A stretch of 64,000 bases of DNA. Origin: Antedon mediterranea. Its lineage: Eukaryota; Animalia; Echinodermata. Shown in pieces: positions 39,441 through 53,315 of this stretch. Position numbers and translations under genes: made by a program. The first letter of the stretch is position 1. Each line of letters begins with the position of its first letter. The stretch covers positions 9,841,432 to 9,905,431 of the forward strand of contig NC_092679.1 of assembly GCF_964355755.1 (NCBI RefSeq), in the 5' to 3' direction. The notes under the pieces were generated by a model. It saw nothing but the letters and a program-made list of their open reading frames with translations, ran no database searches and was not told the DNA's origin.

Positions 39441-40430
39441 AATGGACCTGAAATGGATTTTCGGTTTTTTTCATTTAAGAATGATGTTTTGGGGGCTATT
39501 AGGTGTTGCTAGAATGTATATTGTTACAAAATATAAATTGGCCCTTTTGGGGAAAGCCCCATTTGGAAATCAAAAAAATTCGCGGGTGACGTCACTTTGC
39601 GAATATATTCCTATCCCTCCAATGGACAATTTGCAGTTTTTGGGCTATAACTCTTGAAATCTATGGAGTATTTTCTAAAAAATACTTGTGCATTTGCAGA
39701 AAGGTATTTAGAATTTTTTTAAATAAAATTTTTACCGTATAAACGGTTATTCATCGAGTAAATGACGATTTAAAATCTTAAAATCAACGGTTTTTTTCTG
39801 GCAATACCGAAGTTGGCCTGGCAACGTTGTCCGGGATACAGCTCCGTGCGCAATGATGCGTATCCATATTTTTTGTTCGTGTATTTTTTATCGTTCGTAA
39901 TTTATACTGCTAAAATGTGTTAGTTTCTTTAGTTTTTAGTTTAGCAGAATTAAATTAGTAATATGAGATGATAATTTATTTGTCACGAATCTGGCAGTTC
40001 GAAAACAAATTTTATTCATATTTTACTTTGGCTTGACAATGAGCGCAGCAAGTTGTTGATATCGCTTTGGTCCTTGGATGCACATGAAACGGAGCCTCGC
40101 CGCATGATGTGGGTGGTGGATCGACTCCGCGCACTGGATTGGGGGCCTAGGCCTAGTAAAGGTTTGGGAGGTAGGCCTTCTAAATTCGGGTTTTAGAACA
40201 AACGAAGTACATTTTAGGGACCTATATTTCAAAAACATTAGATATTGAATAAATTAGTATTAGTGTCAACGCTTCGCGTATCTTTCCAGGCCGTCAATCA
40301 TTCACTGACTATCGGGCGGCATCATACACGCTCTCGATATCATCGTGTGTATATGTGACGTCGTGAATATAGAGGCTTCCGACGGCCGTTGAAATAGAAT
40401 ATTGCAATGGCGTGAGTAATTTTCGCTAAT
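39441..40430. mobile_element. Possible truncated end of a third TTAA-inserting (Kolobok-like) element
   Basis: Unique sequence begins right after the same satellite-B TTAA used by Kolobok-2. It contains GTGACGTCAC and CTAGGCCTAG motifs like the other Koloboks. No matching second TIR was found. Confidence 0.35.
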
Positions 40431-43400
40431 TCAGTCATCTACTGGTTTGTGGCGTAACCGGTAGTGCTAAGGGTTGAGTTCTCGCAGTAGTGGGTTCAAA
40501 GCTCTACGAAAATTTTTTTTCTTTTTTTTTTAAATTGAAAATAAATATTGTTTTTGAAAGTGAGATATTTTGAGGGTTGTAAATGTCAGGCATAAACAAG
40601 TGGACCTTTTTTAAAATCAGAAACAAAGTTGCATGGCATTATTTTTCATTGATTTATTATTTATTTCATATAAATAGAGTATTATCAGCTCTTCAGTCAT
40701 CTACTGGTTTGTGGCGTAACGGGTAATGCTCAAGTTTGAGTGCTCTCACTAGTGGGTTCGAACCTCTACGGATATTCTGTTTCTTTTTTTTTTATTTAAA
40801 ATAAATATTGTTTTTGAAAGTGAGATATTTTGAGGGTTGTAAATGTCAGGCCTAAACAAATGAACCTTTTTTAAAATCAGAAACAAAGTTGCATGGCATT
40901 ATTTTTCATTGATTGATCATTAATTTCATATAAATAGACTATTATCAGCTCTTCAGTTATCTACTGGTTTGTGGCGTAACGGGTTATACCCAGGTTTGAG
41001 TGCTCTCAGTAGCGCGTTCCAACCTGTAGGGATATTGCTTTTTTTTCTTATTGAAAATAAATATTTTTTTTGAAAATGAGATATTTTTTAGGGTTGTGAA
41101 TGTCAGGCCTAAAGAAATGGATCTTTTTTAAAATCAGAAACAAAGTTGCATGGCATTATTTTTCATTGATTGATCATTCATTTCATATAAATAGACTATT
41201 ATCAGCTCTTCAGTCATCTACTGGTTTGTGGCGTAACGGGTAATGCTCAGGTTTGAGTGCTCTGAGTAGTGGGTTCGAACCTCTAGGGATATTTCTTTTC
41301 TTTTCTTTTTAATTGAAAATAAATATTTTTTTTTTAAAGTGAGATATTTTGAGGGTTGTAAATGTCAGGCCTAAACAAATGAACCTTTTTTAAAATCAGA
41401 AACAAAGTTGCATGGCATTATTTTTCATTGATTGATCATTAATTTCATATAAATAGACTATTATCAGCTCTTCAGTTATCTACTGGTTTGTGGCGTAACG
41501 GGTTATACCCAGGTTTGAGTGCTCTCAGTAGCGCGTTCCAACCTGTAGGGATATTGCTTTTTTTTTCTTATTGAAAATAAATATTTTTTTTGAAAATGAG
41601 ATATTTTTTAGGGTTGTGAATGTCAGGCCTAAAGAAATGGATCTTTTTTAAAATCAGAAACAAAGTTGCATGGCATTATTTTTCATTGATTGATCATTCA
41701 TTTCATATAAATAGACTATTATCAGCTCTTCAGTCATCTACTGGTTTGTGGCGTAACGGGTTATACCCAGGTTTGAGTGCTCTCAGTAGCGCGTTCCAAC
41801 CTGTAGGGATATTGCTTTTTTTTTCTTATTGAAAATAAATATTTTTTTTGAAAATGAGATATTTTTTAGGGTTGCATGGCATTATTTTTCATTGATTGAT
41901 CATTCATTTCATATAAATAGACTATTATCAGCTCTTCAGTCATCTACTGGTTTGTGGCGTAACGGGTAATGCTCAGGTTTGAGTGCTCTGAGTAGTGGGT
42001 CGAACCTCTAGGGATATTTTTTTTTCTTTTTTTTTAAATTGAAAATAAATATGGTTTTTGAAAGTGAGATATTTTGAAGGTTGTAAATGTCAGGCCTAAA
42101 CAAGTGGACCTTTTTTAAAATCAGAAACAAAGTTGCATGGCATCATTTTTCATTGATTGATCATTCATTTCATATATATATAGACTATTATCAGCTCCTC
42201 AGTCATCTACTGGTTTTTGGCTAACGGGTAATGCTCAGGTTTGAGTGCCCTCAGTAGTGGGTTCGAACCTATACGGGTATTTTTTTTCTTTTTTTTTTAA
42301 TTGAAATTAAATATTGTTTTTGAAAGTGAGATATTTTGAGGATTGCAACTGTCAGGCCTAAACAAGTGAACCTTTTTTAAAATCAGAAACAAAGTTGCAT
42401 GGCATTATTTTTCATTGATTTTTTATTCATTTCATAAAAATAGAGTATTATCAGTTCTTCAGTCATCTACTGGTTTGAGGCGTAACGGGTAATGCTCAAG
42501 TTTCAGTGCTTGTAGTTGTGGTTTCGAACCTCTAGGGATATTTCTTTTCTTTTTTTTTTAAATTGAAAATAAATATTCTTTTTGAAAGTGAGATATTTTT
42601 ATGGTTTTAAATGTCAAGCCTAACCAAGTGGACCTTTTTTAAAATCAGAAACAAAGTTGCATAACATCATTTTACATTGATGGATCATTCATTTCATATA
42701 AATAGACTATTATCAGCTCTTCACTCATCTACTGGTTTGTGGCGTAACCGGTAATGCTCAGGTTTGAGTTCTTTCAGTAGTGGGTTCAAACCTCTAGGAA
42801 TATTATTTTTCTTTTTTTTTATTTGAAAATAAATATTGTTTTTGAAAGTGAGATATTTTTATGGTTTTAAATGTCAAGCCTAACCAAGTGGACCTTTTTT
42901 TAAATCAGAAACAAAGTTGCATAACATCATTTTACATTGATGGATCATTCATTTCATATAAATAGACTATTATCAGCTCTTCAGTCATCTACTGGTTTGT
43001 GGCGTAACCGGTAGTGCTCAGGTTTGAGTTCTCGCAGTAGTGGGTTCGAATCTCTACGAATATTTTTTTTCTTTTTTTTTTTTTAATTGAAAATAAATAT
43101 TGTTTTTGAAAGTGAGATATTTTTAAATTGAAAATAAATATTGTTTTTGAAAGTGAGATATTTTGAGGGTTGTAAATGTCAGGCCTAAAAAAGTGGACCT
43201 TTTTACTGGTTTGTGGAGTAACCGGTAGTGCTCAGGTTTGAGTTCTCGCAGTAGTGGGTTCGAATCTCTACGAATATTTTTTTTCTTTTTTTTTTTTTAA
43301 TTGAAAATAAATATTGTTTTTGAAAGTGAGATATTTTTAAATTGAAAATAAATATTGTTTTTGAAAGTGAGATATTTTGAGGGTTGTAAATGTCAGGCCT

Positions 43401-45824
43401 AAAAAAGTGGACCTTTTTTAAAATCAGAAACAAAGTTGCATGGCATTATTTTTCATTGATTGATCATTCATTTCATATAAATAGACTATTATCAGCTCCT
43501 CAGTCATCTACTGGTTTGTGGCGTAACGGATAATGCTCAGGTTTGAGTGCTCTCAGTAGTGCGTTAGAACCTCTAGGGATTTTTTTTTTTTTTTAAATTG
43601 AAAATGAATTTTGTTTTTGAAAGTGTGATATTTTGAGGGTTGTAAATATCAGGCCTAAACAAGTGGACCTTTTTTAAAATCAGAAACAAAGTTGCATTTG
43701 CATTATTTTTCATTGATTGATCATTAATTTCATATAAATAGACTATTATCACCTCTTCAGTTATCTACTGGTTTGTGGCTTAACGGGTAATACCCAGGTT
43801 TGAGTGCTCTCAGTAGCGGGTTCCAACCTCTAGGGATATTGCTTTTTTTTTCTTATTGAAAATAAATATTTATTTTGAAAATGAGATATTTTTTAGGGTT
43901 GTGAATGTCAGGCCTAAAAAAATGGATCTTTTTTAAAATCAGAAACAAAGTTGCATGGCATTATTTTTCATTGATTGATCATTCATTTCATATAAATAGA
44001 CTATTATCAGCTCTTCAGTCATCTACTGGTTTGTGGCGTAACGGGTATTGCTCAGGTTTGAGTGCTCTGAGTAGTGGGTCGAACCTCTAGGGATATTTGT
44101 TTTCTTTTTTTTTAAATTGAAAATAAATATGGTTTTTGAAAGTGAGATATTTTGAGGGTTGTAAATGTCAGGCCTAAACAAGTGGACCTTTTTTAAAATC
44201 AGAAACAAAGTTGCATGGCATTATTTTTTATTGATTGATCATTCATTTCATATAAATAGACTATTATCAGCTCCTCAGTCATCTACTGATTTGTGGCGTA
44301 ACCGGTAATGCTCAGGTTTGAGTTCTCTCAGTAGTGGGTTCAAACCTCTAGGAATATTTTTTTTCTTTTTTTTTATTTGAAAATAAATATTGTTTTTGAA
44401 AGTGAGATATTTTTATGGTTTTAAATGTCAAGCCTAACCAAGTGGACCTTTTTTTAAATCAGAAACAAAGTTGCATAACATCATTTTACATTGATGGATC
44501 ATTCATTTCATATAAATAGACTATTATCAGCTCTTCAGTCATCTACTGGTTTGTGGCGTAACCGGTAGTGCACAGGTTTGAGTTCTCGCAGTAGTGGGTT
44601 CGAATCTCTACGAATATTTTTTTTCTTTTTTTTTTTTAATTGAAAATAAATATTGTTTTTGAAAGTGAGATATTTTTAAATTGAAAATAAATATTGTTTT
44701 TGAAAGTGAGATATTTTGAGGGTTGTAAATGTCAGGCCTAAAAAAGTGGACCTTTTTTAAAATCAGAAACAAAGTTGCATGGCATTATTTTTCATTGATT
44801 GATCATTAATTTCATATAAATAGACTATTATCAGCTCCTCAGTCATCTACTGGTTTGTGGCGTAACGGATAATGCTCAGGTTTGAGTGCTCTCAGTAGTG
44901 CGTTAGAACCTCTAGGGATTTTTTTTTTTTTTAAATTGAAAATGAATATTGTTTTTGAAAGTGTGATATTTTGAGGGTTGTAAATATCAGGCCTAAACAA
45001 GTGGACCTTTTTTAAAATCAGAAACAAAGTTGCATGGCATTATTTTTCATTGATTGATCATTAATTTCATATAAATAGACTATTATCAGCTCTTCAGTTA
45101 TCTACTTGTTTGTGGCGTAACGGGTAATACACAGGTTTGAGTGCTCTCAGTAGCGGGTTCCAACCTCTAGGTATATTGCTTTTTTTTCTTATTGAAAATA
45201 AATATTTCTTTTGAAAATGAGATATTTGTTAGGGTTGTGAATGTCAGGCCTAAAAAAATGGATCTTTTTCAAAATCAGAAACAAAGTTGCATGGCATTAT
45301 TTTTCATTGATTGATCATTCATTTCATATAAATAGACTATTATCAGCTCTTCAGTCATCTACTGGTTTGTGGCGTAACGGGTATTGCTCAGGTTTGAGTG
45401 CTCTGAGTAGTGGGTCGAACCTCTAGGGATATTTGTTTTCTTTTTTTTTAAATTGAAAATAAATATGGTTTTTGAAAGTGAGATATTTTGAGGGTTGTAA
45501 ATGTCAGGCCTAAACAAGTGGACCTTTTTTAAATTCAGAAACAAAGTTGCATGGCATTATTTTTCATTGATTGATCATTCATTTCATATATATAGGCTAT
45601 TATCAGCTCCTCAGTCATCTACTGGTTTGTGGCGTAACGGGTAATGCTCAGGTTTGAGTGCTCTCAGTAGTGGTTTCGAACCTATACGGGTATTTTTTTT
45701 CTTTTTTTTTTTAATTGAAAATAAATATTGTGTTTGAAAGTGAGATATTTTGAGGGTTGCAACTGTCAGGCCTAAACAAGTGAACCTTTTTTAAAATCAG
45801 AAACAGAGTTGCATAACATCATTT

Positions 45825-47065
45825 TAATAATAATAATAATAAATAACATTTATAAAGCGCAAGAGACAAAGGTTTCAAAGCGCTGTGTTTTCCAAGATCA
45901 GTGCAAGTAGTAGCGTGCGATTATGCTTCTCTGAAGAGATGAGTTTTGAGTTTAGTTTTAAATGTGATAACAGATTTTGATGAGCGTATTTCGAGTGGTA
46001 GAGTGTTCCAGAGTTTTGGGGCTGCGACAGCGAAAGCACGATCACCGTAAAACCGAGTTCTGGGACGGGGTCCAGGTTTTAGAAGAAGTCTGCTGGATGA
46101 ACGAAGCGAAGAGTTGGTTGACGGAGTAATGATGTCACATATGTAGGCTGGAGCACATCCGTTGATGGCCTTATATGTCAGCAACAGGATTTTAAAACGA
46201 ATGCGCTGATCAACAGGCAACCAGTGTAAGTCACGTAAAACGGGAGAAATATGTTCATGTCGTTTAGTGCCAGTGATAAGTCTTGCGGCGGAATTTTGGA
46301 TTCGTTGAAGAGGAGACAAATAAGAAGTTGGTAGGCCGTACAGAAGCGAGTTATTACAGTCCAGACGAGATGAAACAAAAGCATGAACAAGACGTTCAGT
46401 TGATGTTTTGTCAAGGTACTTACGAATCTGGCTGATCTGGTAAATTCCAAAGGAAGCACCACGGCAAACATTACGAATGTGTTCTTTTAAACCGAGGCTG
46501 TTGTCTAGTTGGACGCCTAGATTTCTGGCTGAGCTGGAGGTAGAGACACTAGTATCTCCGATATGGACCAAAGGAAATGATGATGCCTCACGGAACTTTG
46601 AATGAAAATGGATCATTTCAGTCTTGGAGTCGTTGAGCATGAGTTTATTTTGAATGGCCCATGAGCGAACATCTGCAATGCATGATTCAAGGCTGTTAAC
46701 AGATTCAGAGTGATGTGTAGGTTTCATGATTAAATATAGTTGAGTGTCATCTGCATAGATCATATGACGAACTTCCGGGTGGGAATCAATGATGTTGCTG
46801 AGTGGTCCAGTGTATAAGATGAAATCGAGTGGACCTTTTACGGATCCCTGTGGTACACCCCAGGGTAGAGCGAACTCATCAGACATCGAATCACCCACAA
46901 TGATTGCTTGTCTACGATTCTCAAAATATGAAATAAACCATTTCAATGCGGTTCCGCTTATGCCGTATCTTTTATGAAGACGTTGAAATAATAAATCATG
47001 ATTGATAGTGTCAAATGCTGCGGAGTAGTCGAGTAGAATAAGTACCGCTTCATTACCTTTGTCTA
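45825..47065 (-). mobile_element. 5'-truncated L2/CR1-group LINE inserted in satellite C
   Basis: RT ORF with an L2-type 3' end GCGCTTTATAAATG...(TTA)n. No TSD. Confidence 0.95.
45921..47065 (-). CDS. C-terminal part of LINE ORF2 reverse transcriptase (5'-truncated, frame open)
   Basis: LLDYSAAFDT, GVPQGS, YADDTQLY, LHWLP and FKTKLKTHLF. Confidence 0.92.
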
Positions 47066-48888
47066 ATTGATGGATCATTCATTTTACATAAATAGACTAT
47101 TATCAGCTCTTCACTCATCTACTGGTTTGTGGCGTAACCGGTAATGCTCAGGTTTGAGTTATCTCAGTAGGGGGTTCGAACCTCTAGGAATATTTTTTTT
47201 CTTTTTTTTTTATTTGAAAATAAATATTGTTTTTGAAAGTGAGATATTTTTATGGTTTTAAATGTCAAGCCTAACCAAGTGGACCTTTTTTTAAATCAGA
47301 AACAAAGTTGCATAACATCAGTTTACATTGATGGATCATTCATTTCATATAAATAGACTATTATCAGCTCTTCAGTCATCTACTGGTTTGTGGCGTAACC
47401 GGTAGTGCTCAGGTTTGAGTTCTCGCAGTAGTGGGTTTGAATCTCTACGAATATTTTTTTCTTTTTTTTTTTTAATTGAAAATAAATATTGTTTTTGAAA
47501 GTGAGATATTTTTAATTTGAAAATAAATATTGTTTTTGAAAGTGAGATATTTTGAGGGTTGTAAATGTCAGGCCTAAAAAAGTGGACCTTTTTTAAAATC
47601 AGAAACAAAGTTGCATGGCATTATTTTTCATTGATTGATCATTCATTTCATATAAATAGACTATTATCAGCTCCTCAGTCATCTACTGGTTTGTGGCGTA
47701 ACGGATAATGCTCAGGTTTGAGTGCTCTCAGTAGTGCGTTAGAACCTCTAGGGATTTTTTTTTTTTTAAATTGAAAATGAATATTGTTTTTGAAAGTGTG
47801 ATATTTTGAGGGTTGTAAATATCAGGCCTAAACAAGTGGACCTTTTTTAAAATCAGAAACAAAGTTGCATGGCATTATTTTTCATTGATTGATCATTAAT
47901 TTCATATAAATAGACTATTATCAGCTCTTCAGTTATCTACTTGTTTGTGGCGTAACGGGTAATACACAGGTTTGAGTGCTCTCAGTAGCGGGTTCCAACC
48001 TCTAGGTATATTGCTTTTTTTTTCTTATTGAAAATAAATATTTTTTTTGAAAATGAGATATTTGTTAGGGTTGTGAATGTCAGGCCTAAAAAAATGGATC
48101 TTTTTTAAAATCAGAAACAAAGTTGCATGGCATTATTTTTCATTGATTGATCATTCATTTCATATAAATAGACTATTATCAGCTCTTCAGTCATCTACTG
48201 GTTTGTGGCGTAACGGGTATTGCTCAGGTTTGAGTGCTCTGAGTAGTGGGTCGAACCTTTAGGGATATTTGTTTTCTTTTTTTTTAAATTGAAAATAAAT
48301 ATGGTTTTTGAAAGTGAGATATTTTGAGGGTTGTAAATATCAGGCCTAAACAAGTGGACCTTTTTTAAATTCAGAAACAAAGTTGCATGGCATTATTTTT
48401 CGTTGATTGATCATTCATTTCATATTATATAGGCTATTATCAGCTCCTCAGTCATCTACTGGTTTGTGGCGTAACGGGTAATGCTCAGGTTTGAGTGCTC
48501 TCAGTAGTGGTTTCGAACCTATACGGGTATTATTATTTTTTTTTTTTTTAATTGAAAATAAATATTGTGTTTGAAAGTGAGATATTTTGAGGGTTGCAAC
48601 TGTCAGGCCTAAACAAGTGAACCTTTTTTAAAATCAGAAACAGAGTTGCATAACATCATTTTACATTGATGGATCATTCATTTTATATAAATAGACTATT
48701 ATCAGCTCTTCACTCATCTACTGGTTTGTGGCGTAACCGGTAATGCTCAGGTTTGAGTTATCTCAGTAGGGGTTCGAACCTCTAGGAATATTTTTTTTTT
48801 TTTTTTTTTATTTGAAAATAAATATTGTTTTTGAAAGTGAGATATTTTTATGGTTTTAAATGTCAAGCCTAACCAAGTGGACCTTTTT

Positions 48889-49727
48889 AGTCGCGTGGAA
48901 GCGACTCTATAGTTCACTATGTCGGTCGGTCGGTCTGTCTGTCTGTCTGTCTGTCGGTCTGTCTGTCGGTCTGTCGGTCTGTCGGTCTGTCGGTCGGTCT
49001 GTCTGTCTGTCGGTCCGGTATCACTATGCGTTTTATCGCTTTATGACCTTATCTTGATATCAGTTTAATCTAGCTAAGTCAATTTTTCACAGAATATTCC
49101 TTATGGCCAGGAATCGATGTGGTTATGTTTTCACGGTGCGCAATAAAAAATTACGCGATCTACGCACGATTTAACGAAATCACGTTTGTAATCATATCTT
49201 AACAACCATGAATCACAATTAAATAAAATTTGGTACTCATAAATTTCAGGGCATAAATCATCTTATGGCAATACAATTACGTGCGTAGCGCATGTAACGC
49301 ATGCGTACGCGCGCTTAAAATTTTCAAAATTTATTTTCAATGAAATAAGAGTACGTTTCAGGCAATTTTAAGCGTTTACAAAATTGCCATGAGTGCGCAG
49401 ATTTTTGCGCGCGCACTGCGCGTTAAATGTTATTGCGCACTCTTTTTGCCCGATTTCTGTTTTCTTGACTTACTTTTCAACTCGAAATTACGTTATACGA
49501 GCACGTCAAAAGTGACAGGCTACGCACGTGTAAATTAAAAAAATATAAATGTTTTTAAACATTTCAACATTTTTAAACATGTTCAGTAATTTCGGTCAGT
49601 ATAGTTCACTATGTCGGTCGGTCCGTCTGTCTGTCGGTCTGTCTGTCTGTTTGTCTGTCGGTCTGTTTGTCTGTCGGTCCGGTATCACTATGCATTGTAG
49701 CACGCGACTTAATGGCTGTTGGCCTTG
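48889..49727 (+). mobile_element. HINE/DINE-1-like (Helentron-associated) non-autonomous element
   Basis: 5' AGTCGCGTGGAAGCGACT hairpin/subTIR, (GTCY)n-like microsatellite, 3' subTIR CACGCGACT, short terminal hairpin and TTGTT. Inserted in a T-run without a TSD. Confidence 0.8.
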
Positions 49728-51659
49728 TTTTAAATCAGAAACAAAGTTGCATAACATCATTTTACATTGATGGATCATTCATTTCATATAAATAGACTAT
49801 TATCAGCTCTTCACTCATCTACTGGTTTGTGGCGTAACCGGTAGTGCTCAGGTTTGAGTTCTCACAGTAGTGGGTTCGAATCACTACGAATATTATTTTT
49901 CTTTCGTTTTTTTTAATTGAAAATAAATATTGTTTTTGAAAGTGAGATATTTTTAAATTGCAAATAAATATTGTTTCTGAAAGTGAGATATTTTGAGGGT
50001 TGTAAATGTCAGGCCTAAACAAGTGGACCTTTTTTAAAATCAGAAAAAAGTTGCATGGCATTAATTTTCATTGATTTATTATTTATTTCATATAAATAGA
50101 GTATTATCAGCTCTTCAGTCATCTACTGGTTTGTGGCGTAACGGGTAATGCTCAAGTTTGAGTGCTCTCACTAGTGGGTTCGAACCTCTACTGATATTTT
50201 GTTTTTTTATTTTTTTTTTCTTTAAAATAAATATTGTTTTTGAAAGTGAGATATTTTGAGGGTTGTAAATGTCAGGCCTAAACAAGTGAACCTTTTTTAA
50301 AATCAGAAACAAAGTTGCATGGCATTATTTTTCATTGATTTATTATTCATTTCATATAAATAGAGTATTATCAGCTCTTCAGTTATCTAATGGTTTGAGG
50401 CGTAACGGGTAATGCTCAAGTTTGAGTGCTCGCAGTAGTGGGTTCGAACCTCTAGGGATATTTCTTTTCTTTTTTTTTTAAATTGAAAATAAATATTTTT
50501 TTTTGAAAGTGAGATATTTTGAGGGTTGTAAATGTCAGGCCTAAACAAATGAACCTTTTTTTAAAATCAGAAACAAAGTTGCATGGCATTATTTTTCATT
50601 GATTGATCATTAATTTCATATAAATAGACTATTATCAGCTGTTCAGTTATCTACTGGTTTGTGGCGTAACGGGTAATACCCAGGTTTGAGTGCTCTGAGT
50701 AGTGGGTCGCACCTCTAGGTATATGGCTTTTTTTTTCTTATTGAAAATAAATATTTTTTTTGAAAATGAGATATTTTTTAGGGTTGTGAATGTCAGGCCT
50801 AAACAAGTGAACCTTTTTTAAAATCAGAAACAAAGTTGCATGGCATTATTTTTCATTGATTGATCATTCATTTCATATAAATAGACTATTATCAGCTCCT
50901 CAGTCATCTACTGGTTTGTGGCGTAACGGGTAATGCTCAGGTTTGAGTGCTCTGAGTAGTGGGTCGAACCTCTAGGGATATTTTTCTTTCTTTTTTTTTT
51001 AAATAGAAAATAAATATGGTTTTTTAAAAGTGAGATATTTTTATGGTTTTAAATGTCAAGCCTAACCAAGTGGACCTTTTTTTAAATCAGAAACAAAGTT
51101 GCATAACATCATTTTACATTGATGGATCATTCATTTCATATAAATAAACTATTATCAGCTCTTCACTCATCTACTGGTTTGCGGCGTAACCGGTAATGCT
51201 CAGGTTTGAGTTCTCTCAGTAGTGGGTTCGAACCTCTAGGAATATTTTTTTCTTTTTTTTTTAAATTGAAAATAAATATTGTTTTTGAAATCAAATACAT
51301 GTAAAAAGACTGCCATAAAGCCTCCAAAAGAAGCCAATGTGCTCCTTCATATTCAGTACTCATGGGTGAGCTTCTTTTCCACCTGGAGTTCTTTTCGACA
51401 GCTGCTGGGTTCCCGCCCGGAAAATGTTTTATTTACATGATTTGAACAATATTCTAATGTAAATATTAACAGCATCAAAATTTAACAGTGTGGCGTGTTG
51501 ACCGCGAATGATTAACATATTATCTTCCCCATAATACACATGTACAAGCTCATTTGCATAACAACCACGACGGCATACCAAACTGTTTAAAATAAAAAAA
51601 ATAGAATTGCACAGACTCCCGCCTGAAAATGGTACTTTACATGATTTGAAATTATATGA

Positions 51660-52612
51660 AACAAAATATATAAGACTAACAAAGACAATAGAGCTTGTCC
51701 CCGGAAAGTGCACCTATTCATTGAAATTTGAAATATGAAATTAAATATTAGGTCTCCAGTAGGCCTACTAGCCCACCATGTTTGGAGCAGAGCTAATAAT
51801 GAAAATAGAGCCCAGAATTGGACTTATACTTATACTTATTACCATACATAGGCTAATCACCTATGATATTTATGATATTTTGTTAACAATTCAACTATCC
51901 AGATGCGAATTCAAAAGTTTAGGTAGAGTTTTCTACTTTAAAAACTCGACTTCGTATATGCCTAAGGCCCAGACCGGCGGCGGAATTAGTCTAAGTTTCG
52001 AAATCAGTCTGGAAATCGGCATCTTTGCAAATGTTCTATATTTGATCTATTTCACTCTCCATTAACTCCATACAAAAATCATCGGAGACAAATTATCTGT
52101 TTAAAACAGGTTTATTCTGGGACGGTGCGGCCATACACACCAACTACCATCCATAAATGTTTATTCATAACATATTAAAATACAATATCTTGCACGAATC
52201 GGACATTTCGCTACCAATGTAGCAACATTGATTAACAAAATCAAAATCCAACAGTGTGGCGTGTTGACCGCGAATTACTAACAATACCATCTTTCCCACT
52301 ACACCTGCAAAAACTCATTTCCATAATAACAAATGGCATACCAAACAACGGTGAGACATACATTCTCTTCTAAACACGTAACGAAGATAAATTAATTTCT
52401 TTTTACATTAAATTAAGGGCGCTAAACATAAAATTTACGAGATCAAATACATGTAGCGAAAGCCCCCAAAAAAATTTAAAAATGTGCTCTCCCTGCCACA
52501 GCACTAAGGCCCTGCCACGGCCTTTGGGTCGTTTCCACCACATCATCACCAGATGCATTGCTAGTGCCTTCTCAAGATGTGTGGTGGAAAGGGGGACGTA
52601 AATTCTGTGAAC
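51660..52612. repeat. Non-tandem segment D, duplicated at 59901-60840
   Basis: Near-identical sequence from AAGACTAACAA...GAGCTTGTCCCCGGAAAGTG to AAATTCTGTGAAC in both places. Confidence 0.93.
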
Positions 52613-52652
52613 CACAAACACAGTTGGTCGCACACCTTTAACTCTATTCCAC

Positions 52653-52725
52653 CGACCAGCGTGGGAATCGAACCCACGACATACGTGTTGTCAACACGAC
52701 GCTCAGTCGTCTGAGCTAACTGGCC
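52653..52725 (-). pseudogene. tRNA-like cloverleaf (Ile-like backbone, GAC anticodon), probably a SINE head
   Basis: GGCCAGT TA GCTC AGACGACT GAGC G TCGTG TTGACAA CACGT ATGTC GTGGG TTCGATT CCCAC GCTGGTC G. The D-loop lacks GG and there is no adjacent T-run terminator. Confidence 0.7.
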
Positions 52726-52786
52726 ATTTTGGTTTTAAAAAGGTTAATATGATATTTATGACGTAATGATGAATTACGTAATACAC

Positions 52787-53315
52787 TTATAAATAGACTA
52801 TTATAAACTGTTCTGTCGTGTACAACATTATGGCATAACGGGTAATGCTCAGTTTTGAGTGCTCCCAGTAGTGGGTTCGAACCTGTAAGGATATTTTTTT
52901 TTTATTTGAAAATAAATATTGTTTTTGAAAGTGAGATATTTTGAGGGTTGTAAATGTCAGGCCTAAACAAGTGGACATTTTTTTCAATCAGAAAAAAAGT
53001 TGTATGGCATTATTTTTCATTGATTGATCATTCATTTCATACAAATAGACTGTTATCAGCTCTTCTGTTATCTACTGGTTTGTGGCGTAACCGGTAGTGC
53101 TCAGGTTTGAGTTCTCGCAGTAGTGGTTTCGAACCTCTACGAATATTTTTTTTTTTTTTTTTTTAATGGAAAATAAATATTGTTTTTGAAAGTGAGATAT
53201 TTTGAGGGTTGTAAATGTCAGGCCTAAACAAGTGGATCTTTTTTAAAATCAGAAACAAAGTTGCATGGCATTATTTTTCATTGATTGATCATTCATGTCA
53301 TATAAATAGACTATT
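52787..53315 (+). repeat. Satellite C (2 units)
   Basis: Same tRNA-like ~260-bp unit. Confidence 0.92.

Larger units (their letters stand above)
40431..51290 (+). repeat. Tandem array of ~260-bp units each containing a tRNA-like Pol III cassette (satellite C), about 33 units
   Basis: Unit starts are 40441, 40703, 40963, 41220 and onward. Each has TATAAATA, an A-box-like TGGCGTAACGG, a B-box GGTTCGAACC and a T-run. Confidence 0.93.

Noticed and set aside
40431-51290. CRISPR-like array
   Set aside because: Units are homologous along their whole length with no unique spacers, there are no cas genes, and the context is eukaryotic.
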